Below, piece after piece: positions 26,090 through 39,306 of a DNA stretch of 64,000 nt. Source of the stretch: Lama guanicoe. Lineage: Eukaryota. The DNA lies in NCBI GenBank assembly GCA_013239625.1, contig MU056000.1:7851214-7915213 (forward strand). The letters run 5' to 3'. The translations under genes and the position numbers were made by a program. The notes under the pieces are model-generated. The model searched no databases. It was not told the DNA's origin and was given only the letters and a program-made list of their open reading frames with translations. The first letter of the stretch is position 1. The number at the start of each line of letters is the position of its first letter.

Positions 26090-26760
26090 GGGAACACGCT
26101 TGGTGTATGTCCTTGTGGGTCACTTTACAGAAACAGGACCACAGTATACACGCTGTTTAATATGTTCTTTATATTCAACGTGTGTCATGGATATATATTG
26201 ATATCAACAAATATCTAGTTATCAACAAATGCCTATATCTAAATAAAAATATCTTAATTTTTAATGCATGGTAGGGTGTTATCTGACGGACTGTTTTCAT
26301 CCAGTTGTGGACTGATGGACATTCAGGTAGTTTCTGATTTTTTTTTTTTTTTTTGCTGACATTGGCTCCTACTGTGTGCCAGGAAATATTTTACATGCTT
26401 TCTGTCTATTAACTCACTTGGCGTTAAGATTTTTCTTAGTAGCTTCTCAGTATAAATTCCTATAACTTGTATGGCTAGGTAAAGAGTCTTTACATTTTAA
26501 CTGCTGAGGCACGTTGCCAAAATGCTCCCCAGAAACATGGCACTCGTGACGCTTTCACCAGCGATGCCCAGTCTGCTGGCTCCAGCCAATGCTGCAAGCC
26601 AGCCATCATTTTGATCTTTGGAGAGCTAACACCAAACACAGTGTCTCTTCCCACTGGCATTCCTTTCAATTAAACCTCTCCTTATAAGCGTATTAGCTGC
26701 TTGCATGTTGTTTTCTGAAATGCCAGATCGTAATTTTTATTTTATTTCCCAACTGGGTCA
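26090..26760 (-). mobile_element. Highly degraded ancient L1 (L1ME-like)
   Basis: 'gatggacattcaggtagtttctga', 'tataaattcctataactt', 'ttgccaaaatgctccccaga'. Confidence 0.5.
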
Positions 26761-28707
26761 TGCTTGGGAATAAACACATACACAAAGCTACTGAAAGCTG
26801 CAAAGCTTGTGAAGACCCAGAAGAATTTAGAGGGTATCAGAACTAGTACTGATGCCCACAATCGTTATTTCTTTTTCCTATCTCTGATCTTCCTCTTTTT
26901 TTTTTTTTTAAGTACTGATACCACATTTCACTTGTAATGGTACTTTCGAATTCATTTGTTTTCTATGACTATTCCTTCTTTTTAAAATCCAGGTGGCATC
27001 TGTCTTTGCTGTTTGCCACTGACATGATTTGTCTTGTGTCCTTGTGCCCTGCTAGGAGCAAGCTTAAACGATGACAAACAGAATGTGTAAAAAGACTTTG
27101 GGGAACCTGCAGCCAATAGACATGTATGTTGTTGACAACGGATGTTAACACTGTTTCAATGGCAAACTCTCTTCCCTGTTGCCAGAGTCTAAGGCTGTAA
27201 GGCCCGAGCCATCCTCATTAGGAAGTAGACGCACTGTATTGTGTTTGTAGGTTGAGGGTGGTAGCGTTGATGTGGCTGAAGAGCAGGACGAACTCAACCC
27301 CTGGAATGAGCTCCAACTTACCTAACTAGTAATTTCTCCCCCTCTCTCCATAGCACGCTACTCTGGGATGTGCAGCTTCCTTCCCCCAATCTGTAATAAT
27401 GGGAACTCAGGATCCAGCATCATCCTAATTGGACTCTGTTGTCACAATTCTGATTCATTATTTCTAGCTTAAAATACCACATCATTTTTATCTAGAAATA
27501 CCACAATAATCTAACTGCTCTCACCACCCCTGTTTATCCCAAACCCGGCTATTTATTCCAATCCATCATGTCACTGCTGTCAGACTAATGTTCCTACCCA
27601 GCAGTAGGGATTAGTGTCACTGCCCTACTCAACAATCATCTGTTTGTCCCCACCACCAACAGATTTAAGAAAAAAATGACTTAATAAGAGAGCAAATGAC
27701 ATACTGTAAGAGCAAGGCAGTAGGGTTTGCTGATGTGTTATTCATACAAGTTTTTAAAATAAATTCTTAAAGAGAGTTAAGGATAATAGCATTAAAAAAA
27801 AACAAAACTTCTCTTCTGGAGTCTGAGCTAATGAAGTCCAGATACACAGTCCTCTGACTGAATGTCACAGACAGATGGACTTTATAACACCTGTAAAGTT
27901 GGGTGAGTATTACATCTCTTAGCTAAACTTAACAAATCGCCAAACACTTAGATTTTCAGCATGGAGCAAATAAGATCTTAGAGTTCTAAGAAGAGTGGGT
28001 TGTAGCTAGTCTGTGTCTTAGACTCAAGAGAAATTCTTGTGCTTTTGCTTCTAGGTGTCCAGACAGGAAAAGCACTGTTCAGATACAAAACTCAAGGCTT
28101 ATGGCTTTCAGTTTCCTGCCAACTCTACAGCATGGCGACATCTAACAGACTATCTCTGGTCAGGACCTACATCGTTACAGAAAAATGAAAAACAGCAAAC
28201 AAATTCTTGTCTGCTCAAGGATGGAAGGCACTATTTATTTGAGACTCTGGAGTTTTTAAGAGAAAAAATAATCAAAATATATGTAAACAGATATGCACCG
28301 CCAATGATTAAGAACAACTTTCACTTGCCATCTCCTACAGGCTAAAAAAATAGGAGAAGTGAGATTCTGGGGGGCATCATTAGATCTATAATATGCCCTC
28401 ATTAAACTATATTGAGTTAACTCTTAAATAGAAATGTTCATATCATCCATTTAAATTCTGAAAAGTATCTTGCAAAAACAAATTTTGTGACTTTTGATAT
28501 TGAGTTGTTTTTATGGCAATATTTAGATAGCATTGTCCATTATATTTCCAAGTGCATTATGTTTCATGATAATAAAATATCATTAGATGGAAAGTATCCT
28601 CAATTTTATTACATAAAAAATGCATCAATTAATTTAAAACTATGTCAAGTTGTTTATACCAGAAAAGTGTATATAAAGTAACACATTGATTCCTGACAGT
28701 TACTGGT

Positions 28708-29025
28708 ATGGTGGTGGTGAAGGTTGTGGTAGTGGTGGTGATGATGATGGTGGGGCAGGTGGTAATGGTGATGACGGTGATGGTGGTGGAGGTGGTGATA
28801 ATAGTGGAGGTGGTGATGATGGTGGAGGTGGTGATGGTGGTGGAGGTGGTGATGGTGATGGTTGTGGTGGTGGTGATGGTGGCAGAGGTGGTGATCGTGG
28901 TTGACGCAGTGATGGTGATGGTAGTGATGGTGGTGGAGGTAGTGATAACAGTGATGGAGGTGGAGGTGGTGATGATGGTGATGGAGGTGGTGAGGAGATG
29001 GTGGTGGAAGTGGCAATGGAGATAA
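28708..29025. repeat. Cryptic trinucleotide repeat (GGT/GAT/GGA)n, ~320 bp
   Basis: Direct observation; produces the poly-His/Pro/Gly/Val pseudo-ORFs. Confidence 0.95.
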
Positions 29026-30428
29026 TAATGAAATAGAAAAGGAAGAATTCAAAAAGACAAAAAGTTAACCTAGAATTCAAGCTGGGTTTATATTATTTGA
29101 GGTGAAAAAGACATCGCCCATTCTGGCTCTTGCAATAGTGCCCTGGTATTCTCTACAAAAGTATTAGTGTGCTTTCATCCAGCTAGCTCTGACCCTGAAA
29201 TCAGAGACAGATGAGCAGTCAGTGAACAGGAGCAAGTCTGCCACTATTCTAATCCTCTCTCTCAGTAACTAAAAGGAGAACAGAACAGTGGTTATTAGCT
29301 GGGGAGTATGTCTGAGAGCAGATGTGCAGCTTAAGTCAAAGTGTGGTAGAGTTTCCAAACACATTAATCCAGGAAGGATTTACTGAACTCAACCATGTGC
29401 CGGGTTGAGCATCACAGCTACACAGATGACAGTGACACTGTCCCTGCCCTCCAGGAACTTACAGGTTAATGCTCACAATAGAGGGAGGTGATTTCAAATA
29501 TCTGCCATATATTGTGAACGGAAAATCCGGAAAGCACGTCATAGCCACACTGGTGGTGGGAGGATGATTGACACAGCCTCACAATGGGAGATGCCCCAGC
29601 AAAATGAGGAGGAAGGTCAATGAGGAAGCCTGCTATATTTGAGATGAGAGAATTCAGTAAAGCCTTGTAGAATTTTACTATTTTAAAAGTGTATATAAAA
29701 TTAGACACTTATAGTATATAAATTTTTGCCATTAAAATTAATTAGACTCAGAGGAATCACAATATCTAATCATTTCAACCTGGAAAAGAATATAATTATC
29801 GATATCAATTTAGTGTAGGAGGAAGACAAGTGTATCATGGATCTTCTACTTACATTTAGCTCTTAGAAAGACATGACTTAAAAAGAAGAAAGACCTACGT
29901 CTTAGTGTTCTTTCTGAGACTACATGACGACTATATTTCACAGCTCAAACATTCTTATTTAAAACTACCACATGGAGATAATTCATATATTTTACAATTA
30001 TTTATTAATTATGGAATTGATTGATATGCTCAGTAATAAGCAATTTTTTGTAGCTTGATTAATTTTTCTCAGTTTCAGATGGCCACATTTTCCTTGATGG
30101 AGACATCTCGAGATAAATCACATGGACATTTCATTGTAAAGACAAAAGCAGAGCACTGTACTGTGTTTTCTAAAACAAGACTACAATGTAAAATATGGGC
30201 TATGCCTTTAAATATATGTGTTTACAGATACATACATACTGATGCTCTATAATTCCTTCAATTCTCTTCACAAAGGGATGTTTAGTTAGCGGTTTTAAAA
30301 AATCATATTCTGACCTCCACTCCTAAAAGTTAATGCTTGAGGTCTGAGGACATTTCATCTTATTCATACCCTCCAATTAAAGGTTTAAATTATTCTCAAA
30401 ATAGGTAAGCCTAGATAATATTTAACTT

Positions 30429-30447
30429 TATATATATATATATGTGT

Positions 30448-30493
<46 letters not shown>

Positions 30494-30500
30494 ATGCGTG
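30429..30500. repeat. Compound (TA)n(TG)n microsatellite
   Basis: Direct observation. Confidence 0.95.
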
Positions 30501-33500
30501 TGGCTTGGAGAAAGCATGTATCTGTATTCTAAATTGATTCTCTTTAAATAAGAAAGAATTTTCGGTTTGGGACATACGATGTTAGCCTTTCAATGTTTCC
30601 TTCTCATCCCAACACAGGGATAATGACAACGACACACTTTTCACTTGGGGGGAATGATGAATTAAGGACTCTGCTCTTTGAGAAAACAACTTACAACACT
30701 GACCTTCATGGCAGGAATTCACTGGGCACTAATTCATAACTAGCAGGAAAAGTAGGATAATGTGGGCTTAAATTGTAACAATTTATTTTGAAGGTAGAAT
30801 TCTAAGTTGATATTTACAGCATTAAAAAGAAAATCACTGTGATTAGTTGAGAACGCGCTTTAAAATTTCAGACGCTGAATCCTAAGTGATGCTCCTGTGC
30901 CTCCCGGGTTGTAGCATCTCGGCGTCGTGGTGCCTGCAGGGAGGTGGGCTGATCTGTTGATGCCCCTGACCCCCAAGGCAGGTAACACCCGTCCTGTCTC
31001 CATCTTTGTCCAAGGGCTCAGCTGGGAAAGACTTTTTGGTCCTACTACTCCACAGCAAACATGGAAATGTAAGCTGGCTCCTCAGAGAACCAAACTGAAA
31101 TATGCACACCTGTCATGATGTAAGCCGGCCATGAAGGACTCACGTGCGGCAGGGATGATGGCTCGAATCCGAGCGGAGAACTTCCGTCCACTGCTGAGTT
31201 CAGAAAGGACTGGGCACTCCTGGCAGCCTGAAGACATGGGGCTGGCAGAGTCTGTTAGTATCCAGGCCCAGGAGGCTCAGGGGAAAAACTTAAGCCCTGG
31301 GCACGGAGGGGACCCGGATGCATCTGGGGAGCTCAGTCAGGCTAGGCAGCAACTGACAAGAGGGGCGGGAATGCCTCCTAGGAGAGAACTGACTGGAGTG
31401 AGAACCAGCCACCAGGTCCCACGAGCAGGATGCAGTAATGGGGAATGTGGACTCGGTAACCAGCGTGGAAACCATGACTTGGATCTGTCCCCAGACCAAC
31501 AACCAGAAAGGCATGGAGGTAAAGGTGGGAGAAAGCTGTATTTGTCATGTCTGGAGCATAAGGAACACTGTTGAGGGATTCCAGAACAAATTATAATGCA
31601 AAGGGCAGGAGGCCATTCCTCCTTTCTGGGTCGCCTACTACCTCCTGGGGGCTCCAGGCAGACCTCCATGGGGGCACTTCACCCAGGGAGCAGACGTGAG
31701 ACCGTGCCCAGCAGCCGAGCAGTGCACGCCGTGCCCAGGGAAGCTGTGGTGACAAGTGGGGGGAACCCACAAAGCCCTGTCGGAGAACTGTGAGCGTCCT
31801 GCTAAGGCCAGTGCCCAGAGGAAGCTGGGGACAGCAGTGTTTCTAAGGCAGAACCACACCTGGCACAGTGGAGGATGTAAACCTGGGGTTCCTCACACTT
31901 GTGCGTGTCAGAGCGTCCCCGTCGGTGTGTGCATGCCAGCATGTGTTTGTCTGTGTGGGTGCATGCCTGTGTAAGCCTGTGCATACCAGCACCTTTTATT
32001 TTTGGGAGAAGAGTGATGAATGGGAGACAGTTGGCATTTCAAGCTGATTTGCCTTAACTTCAGCCTCTCTCTTCCCCATCCACGTCTAAGTAACTTTATT
32101 CTTCCACACCCTCTCCCCACCAACAGAGCTCTCAAAACTCTGACTGCAGGTGATTCCTTCACCTTACTGCCTTCAGCTGGTGATCTCTCCCAAGGACCCC
32201 ACAATAGTTGTATAAAACAAATAGAGCAGAAGAAATTGGGGACAGTTAGATGGGGGACACCATGCCAAGAGGAGCTATGGGCTAAGGTTCTTGCAAATTT
32301 CACATGTCAGACAGACTTTCTGCAGCCTAATGATTTTTTAAAAAAGTAATTTGCATAGATACAGCTGTTTCCATAGAAACTCAGAGTGTTACTTTACATC
32401 AAGGCCCTCATGGAAGCTTTAGCAAAGCTACCTAGAGATGGCAACGGACTCCCTGCAGGGAAAAAGGACTTTTAATAAGACCTTGATATTTGGAGGTTCG
32501 TCAGTGAACTGTGGCGAGGTGTTCCTTTCCTTTCCGATTGTGGGGCTTAATTAATCAGACTTTGCATTTGCTTTTGGGGGAGTTCCCATCCTGGGACCAC
32601 ATGGTCATTTCTTTCTTTTCAATCCCATTTTGATTAGGTTCAAGTTATAAATACCTAGCTGTGCTTAATGTGAAGTTTATCCATGACAATAAAATTTCAC
32701 ATCTGTGTTTACACACTCCAATAACTAAGTTAATAGCCAGGGCAGTTTGGCAGAAAATTATTAAGTTGATAAATTGCTTGAAAATCCTAAATGATCCATG
32801 CTCATCTCATAGCCACAACTGTATGTTAAATACAAATTTCTATTTCCTGTTAATTTAACAAAGCATTGGGAAGTCTGCTGGAGATGGGGTGGAAGGTAAA
32901 GGAAATTAATAAACCATCCTGCCTATAAATGTCCTTAATGAAGGATACGCGTAATGGGGGGTGTAGAAATGATTACACTTATCAGAAAATACCTCCAGGG
33001 TCAAAGGAGGGAGGAGAGTATCTGGGAAAGATATCCCAAAGCTAAGGTGCCACAGCCAAAGGAAAAGAAATGTATTCAGTTTTCTTCTTTTTTAAAAAAT
33101 TCTTTTCTTTCATTGCCCTGAGCATGCTTGGAACCAATAGAAAATTAAGCATCTGCTCCATCCAGACTATAACATCACTTAAAAAGCAAACAAAGAAGTG
33201 AAACAAAACAAAACTGCTCCAGTTAATGTCTGAGATCTCTTTTCATTAATAAAAAATATTTTCTGGCTGCTTTGGAATTCGTTTCCTGGCCTTATATTCC
33301 AAGCATGTTGCAATCTCTCACTAACTTTAGAGGAAAATAATTTTTTGAATGAAGAATAAAAACTGGAGGACAATGTTTTTTAATCTAAAAAAAACAAACT
33401 CGACATAAAACGTGAATGGAAGTAGCTTCGTATTGCTACTGATATTTAACGAATGTAAAAGAAGGTCCTAGCTGTTAAATAGATCCGGAAATGAGATTAG

Positions 33501-34349
33501 AGTCCCTGCTCAGGTCTGCTTTTAATTAGTAACTGCCGAGATAAGCTTCGAAGCTCTATTTGTGAACAGAGCAGGTACGCCACTTCAAGATGGAATTGAG
33601 TTTGTGAATTAAAATCTATTTTCTCAAAAAAAAAAATCCAACATGCATCAAAGCCAACTGAAATGCAGGGAAAGTGGCTCTTTTGGCTAATGCCTATGAT
33701 TATTTTAAGTACTAAGTATGTTTGTTATGGGACTGCTCTATGTGACGTACTGAATACGTTTATGCTCAAGTGCCCATGTTTTTAAAATTGTGATTTGAAA
33801 AAAAACTTCCAGACTTTTCTGTTGGACAACCGTCATCTGCACAGTAAATTAATTCTGGCTGGCTACTGTGAATTGACAGTAGTAAGAGTACTGATGCACG
33901 TTGTCCCTCGTTGAAGAGAACAGTGCGGAGCTTGGGGCTGCCTCGAGCAACATTTGCGTGAAGCAAATCAAGTTATGCAGAGAATTACAAAGGACCAGCC
34001 TCATGATGCTCTCCCCCCAGAAGGCTCCTAGGAAAAGTATTAGGTTAAAAGGCAGAGATGGATGGAGAGAGAAGAGCAGAACTGTAAGAAGCAGGCGGCG
34101 TTGCAAGGAGGGTGGCGACAGCAGGCACACAGCGGGGACCGACTCCGCGGGAGCCTGTGTGCGGGAGGCCTGCACATGCGCCCCACGCATGCGTGCGGAC
34201 GACACACTCGGTTCGTCCTTACTAGAGGAAGGGTGATTCCGCGAGCACGTAGGGGAGGCTTCACCCCGCTGGCTTGTGACATGTGTTTGATTCTCTTGCT
34301 GCCGTTATCTGAAAGCCAAACTCAAGCCCCGCTCTGAAACCCATTGCAC

Positions 34350-34800
34350 TCGTTCCAAGACGCCCAGTGGATGCCTGAAGCCGCAGATGGCACTGAACTC
34401 TATATACAGCATGCTTTTCCCTATACGTATGTACCGATGATAAAGTTTAATTTATAAATTCAGCACCATAAGAGAATATCTGAATTGCCAGCATCACTAC
34501 TCTTGCACTTAGGGGCTGTTCTTAAGGAAAATAAGGGTGACTCGAACGCAAGCACTGTGACACTGAGGCAGTCCAGCTGACAACTGGGCCGGCTGCTCAG
34601 TGGCTAATGGGCAGGGCGCGCTGGACAAAGGGGTGATTCGCTTCCGGGTGTGATGATTTCACCATGTTACTGAGAAAGGCACACTATTTAAAACTTACCG
34701 ATTGCCTATTTCTGGAAATGGTAAATATTTTCGGACCGTAGTTGGCTGCAGGTAATGGACACCGTGGAAACGGAAATCTCAGATAAGAGGGACTACTGTA
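34350..34800 (-). mobile_element. TcMar-Tigger relic (MER44/Tigger7 family)
   Basis: 'ttccaagacgcccagtggatgcctgaa', 'tgaattgccagcatcactactcttgcac'; terminal 'gataagaggggactactg' plus TA. Confidence 0.85.
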
Positions 34801-37162
34801 CAAACGTTACTTTCTTCAGTGAGTCTTTCCTGATCTCCTCGACTGAGAATTCTCTTTGCTCTTCGAGGCTCTTCTGGGCCCTTTTCAGTGCTGACTTTGT
34901 CCATGGGGCCCCTCTCTCATACTTGACTGACAGCTCCTTGGGGACAGAGCTCAAAGTTCCATCATTTTCATATTTTATCTCATCCACTCTGCCTTGCACA
35001 TAGTGTTGCTCAGATATATATACAGGAGGAAACAGGAAAGAATGTGGACAGGAAAGCCAGCTGCTCAGGACACTTTCCTTATGTCTTTGGGATTACAGAT
35101 CTCTAGGATCCAGGTCCCTGTGTTAAGAAATCACAGAGATCCTTCCTCTGGGTTTTCCCATGGGAGGGCATCGCGTGGACAGCAGACAGCTGCTGTGATG
35201 GCAAATACACCAGCAGTCACGACGGGCAGCCCACTGGAAGAGTGAGTCGCGAAGTTAAGATAGTTTAGCCCATGCAAACCCAAACTGAAGCTTCTCCCCG
35301 CCCGGCTGAGTTCTGTCCTCTAAGGGACGACCAGGAAGGAAGTTTGTTTTGAACATGTCATGGAGAATGACAAATAAAAACATCTGCTGGGAAGGAACGC
35401 AGGTGTTGGGCAGAGGACGTAGACAGTCTCTAATTCTCTCGTCTCCTCCAGGATCCAGTGGGGATTTCCTTGTTGTGTTCGTTAACACCCGTGAATGTAA
35501 TTTTTGTGATAATTGTAGAGCAAATAGCGCAAACTCTCAAATATAATTAGGGAAAAGTGCTTCTAATTAACTTGTAACTCGTGGGTTGCAGAGTAGAGCC
35601 ACAAATCAGTTATGCATTGTCAGACCTAACAAGTAAAACACACTGTACATTTCCGTCTGGGCAAATAAACAAAGCAAGACAAAACGCCCGTGGCAACACT
35701 TTCCTTTGAACCTTTACGATGTTCTGGCATGCTCTGAAACTCAGTTGCAGGTAAGCACAGGTATGTCCCTCATCATCAGCACCAATGATCATGGCGATGA
35801 AAGATGAAGACAACCTCAGACAGTCTGGGAACATCCAATATGCTACCTCGGCAGCGTGGAAGATGGATGCCACTCAGGCAGTAAGCTCAGATGGCTGCAC
35901 AGAGGTCCTGATGAAACCCCCAGGTGTTTTGCAGGGAAGCAGAGGACGATGATAGCGACGAGTCTCCTCCCAGTTTACAGAGCCATCAATAACAGTGGCT
36001 TAGCGCTGTCTGTAAGTTAGGGAACTGTTGTGGGTAATTTCTGCAACATTTGTTAAAAGTCACTCCACTGTTTCCGTCTTACATAAGCAAGCACATTAGA
36101 GTAAGCGGTAACCTCAAACTCTAATTTGTAAAAAAAAAAAAAAGATAAATGAGCCACATCTTTTCATAATTTAGTTACTATTAGCAACAAATTATTCTGG
36201 CATCTCTCAAAACACATCCAGGCCTCTTAAACCACAGTGGGGACTGATGGCCTGCAGAGATTAGCAAGCGATGTTGCTGAAACATGCAGGGTCATGAGAA
36301 CTGCCGTAAGGTCTTGTTAAAAATGTGAAGTCCTAGGCTGTTACCAAAGAGATTTGGGGTCCAGAAATTCTGTGTTTGACTGGGGGAATTGCGAAATCAC
36401 CGGTGTAAAGCAGACAGACTTTGGGTACAGAGCGCCAAGCACGGACCATGGGTCAGCAGTGACACAGAGCAACTCCTTTAAATCCAGGTTCAGGGGACCG
36501 CTGGGTGTATTCAGGGAACCCAAAAGGATGACTGGTAGGTGGTGGGTGTTGAGGAATTTTTTAAGACCTTTCTGGGATACAGGAATGCAGAGAATACCTT
36601 GATTCTCAGGTCAGGCATATTAGGGAGCAGTAAGAATTTAAAGTAAGGAAATAATGTCATGTATCAGCTTTAGGTACATCCACTGTGTTCTCTGTGGCAT
36701 TTGTAGCAAAGAAAGGTTAAAGACTGATCTACCATCAACAAGTTTTATCTTATGATGACGTAAGCTAACATGAACTCATTTAAAAACACTTTATATCAGA
36801 ATGGCTTGATACAGAACACAGGTGCTGCCATCATGGTCATTAATAAGAGGACCACACCTTAAAGGAGGAATGGTCCATCCTGGAAGGAGGTGGGATCTGA
36901 GGACCACGGGACAGGGCTGTGTTCTCATCCTGGGATGCACCCTCCAGACTTCCATCTTAGTTAGCACACCATTATTTGGGGCATTTTATTCCTTTAAGCT
37001 GAGCTTCATTCCAAGTAATAAATTTCCATCACATTCTAACCTCAGCTGGCTTCATTTTTCATCACAGCCTCTGCCGCTCCCTCAAATTAGAGGTTTATTA
37101 TCTGTCTCGTCCACTGAAATGTAAGCTCTCAGGGGGCAGGTCTCTGAGATTTAAGCTCGAAG

Positions 37163-37192
37163 CATTCCACATTCCACATTCCACATTCCACA
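37163..37192. repeat. Tandem heptamer (CATTCCA)4
   Basis: Four perfect copies plus CA. Confidence 0.95.
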
Positions 37193-37389
37193 ACGGCTCT
37201 TTTGATGGATGTTGAAATTACACAAAGTCATGATGTAGTTCACTTCTTCACATGGAAATCAACTGAAATCCAAGGCCCCTCCCAGCTGTGCCCTTTCTTC
37301 CTCCCCTCCTCCATCTGGCTCCCTGGAACCCACGCACCACCATCTGGGCCGTTAGGAAGAGCGCCATCCCCTAGGGATGGTCTACGGCT

Positions 37390-37490
37390 GGTAGGTACCT
37401 GGGTATTTACCCCTGTATCCCGAGCACTGAAACCTCACTACCACACAGTAGACACTCAACAAGCGTCTGTTTAATGAATGAACGAATTAG
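37390..37490 (+). mobile_element. L2 3' end
   Basis: 'ctgtatcccgagcact…cacacagtagacactcaacaagcgtctgtttaatgaatgaacgaa'. Confidence 0.7.
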
Positions 37491-38279
37491 ATCCACAGCC
37501 TACAAAGCTGCTTCCGTCTCTGGAAACCAAGAGTGGAGGTGGGCAGGGGATTAATGCTGTAAATTTCCTAATTTGATTAGACTCCACCTGTTTGGAGAGG
37601 AAATTAGATATCAGAGCCAGTGCTGAGGGTTGTAAGTTTTCCCCCTTTGCGTTTGGACATAACTGGGGTAATGCTATAGAGATTACCCTAAAAATGGTTC
37701 AGATGACAGGAGATAAGAACAGAATGTGTGTGACACAAAGGCGGTTAGGAGATGAGCTGGGGTCAAGAGGCAGACCGAGCGCACACTCATCTCTTCTTCC
37801 CCTTGGGAAGCACTAATAGCACTAATAGCAACCGGTGGGCAGGGAGTGATCCTTCCCCGGGACTGCTGTTTCCTTCCTGTGGATGGAGCACAATTAATGC
37901 AACACAGGCCTCTCCCACCCCCTCACTGGTCCCAACCCGGGGAGTAGGGAGCTTTCTCAAGTCATCAGCGGATCACGGATGGCTTGGCTCAGCTCTGCCC
38001 TTCCTCCTTTTGGGAATGAGTGGCCCCAGGGAATCCGCTTTGCCTGGTCTCCGTGGGATGTGTCCTGGGGAGGCAGGGTAGGGTGGAGGCGGGGGAGAAG
38101 GCTGCCTCCATCTGCTGCCTGTGACTTGGTGGTACCCCTGCCTAATTCTGAGCTTCTGTATCAACAAACCTGCTTGGCAAAGAGACCTAGGGCCTGGTTG
38201 CCAACTTGAGTAAAGAGTTGATGACGTGGCTTCCCTCTTAATTTTGTTCAGAACTTGGTTGATGATGAGAGGGGGCAAC

Positions 38280-38463
38280 AGAGGCTTCTATGAACTACAA
38301 CCCGGGGGCCAGCCACTTGCTTATATACATACTATTAAACTGAAACACAGCCACGGCCACTGGTTTAGTATCGTCCTATTGTCCTATTGTCACAGAGACT
38401 CTGTGCCCTCAAGCTAAGGCAGTTACCTTCTGGTCCCTTACAGAAAAAGTTTGCCAACTCCTG
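38280..38463 (+). mobile_element. MER58A relic
   Basis: 'ctgaaacacagccacggccac…ctggtcccttacagaaaaagtttgccaactcctg'. Confidence 0.75.
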
Positions 38464-38810
38464 TTCTGGAATCTAGAGGAATGTCAGAAAAGCATGCTGC
38501 CACTAAAGCAACGCTTGCAGGTTTGGGAGTGAAGGCAAAGTAAAGGAAGGCAGGACTCAGTTCCAGCAAACTGCTATCCCCACACACACAAGAAAGCAGC
38601 GTGTCCAAGTGAAGGAGCCCGTGCAGTAGGTGGAAGCGCCACTGAGCCTCCCTGCGAGAGTGGGGGACGCGCAGAGGGAGACACATCACAGAAGCATGTC
38701 CCATCACAGCAGAAGAAGGCAATGAGGGGAAGATGTGGATCTCAGGGCCCAGAACACAAACGAGCAGAGACGGTGACTGGAGGAGCACAGAGCAGAGGGG
38801 CTCCTGGGAG

Positions 38811-39306
38811 TGAAACAGGGAGGAACAAATCCGACTCCAACTCCACGTTGGATCCATTTCTTTTACTTTACACTTTGTGTTCTATTGCTTTTGCTACAAG
38901 TTAACCACTAAAGAGATGTTGCCTATAGGCTTCAATTACATATTATAGCCCATCTTCTGGGGACTCTGTCTCCCAGGTGATGAGCGTTAAGCTGAAACAC
39001 CTTCGTTTAGCTCACAGGAAACGTCCCTACCAGGCCCACCTATGAATGGCTGAGGACAGAAAGACTTTAACACTACCCCTCTGGAGGCTGATCAGAACCA
39101 GGAAATGTTTGATTTACTCCCTCCCCTTATAGTATAAAAGGAGCAGGAATTCTAACTCAGGAGAGATGGGTCTTTGGGACACTAGTCCACCATCTTCTCT
39201 GTCTGCTGGCTTTCTGAATAAAGTTGCTATTCTTTGCTCTAACAATTTGTCCCTAGATTTATTGGCCTGTCGTGTGGTGAACAGTACGAACTTGGACTGG
39301 GTCACA
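38811..39306 (+). mobile_element. Solo ERV1 LTR (MER41-like), 496 bp
   Basis: TG…CA ends; flanks GGAG/GAAG (4-bp TSD with one mismatch); TATAAAA at 39133; AATAAA at 39217; ends 'acagtacgaacttggactgggtcaca'. Confidence 0.8.

Noticed and set aside
28654..29080. Poly-His, poly-Pro, Gly-rich and Val/Met-rich ORFs
   Set aside because: All are frames of one triplet repeat; there is no splice or promoter context supporting coding.
38811..39306. Interferon-responsive GAS site in the MER41-like LTR
   Set aside because: I found no intact TTCNNNGAA by eye.
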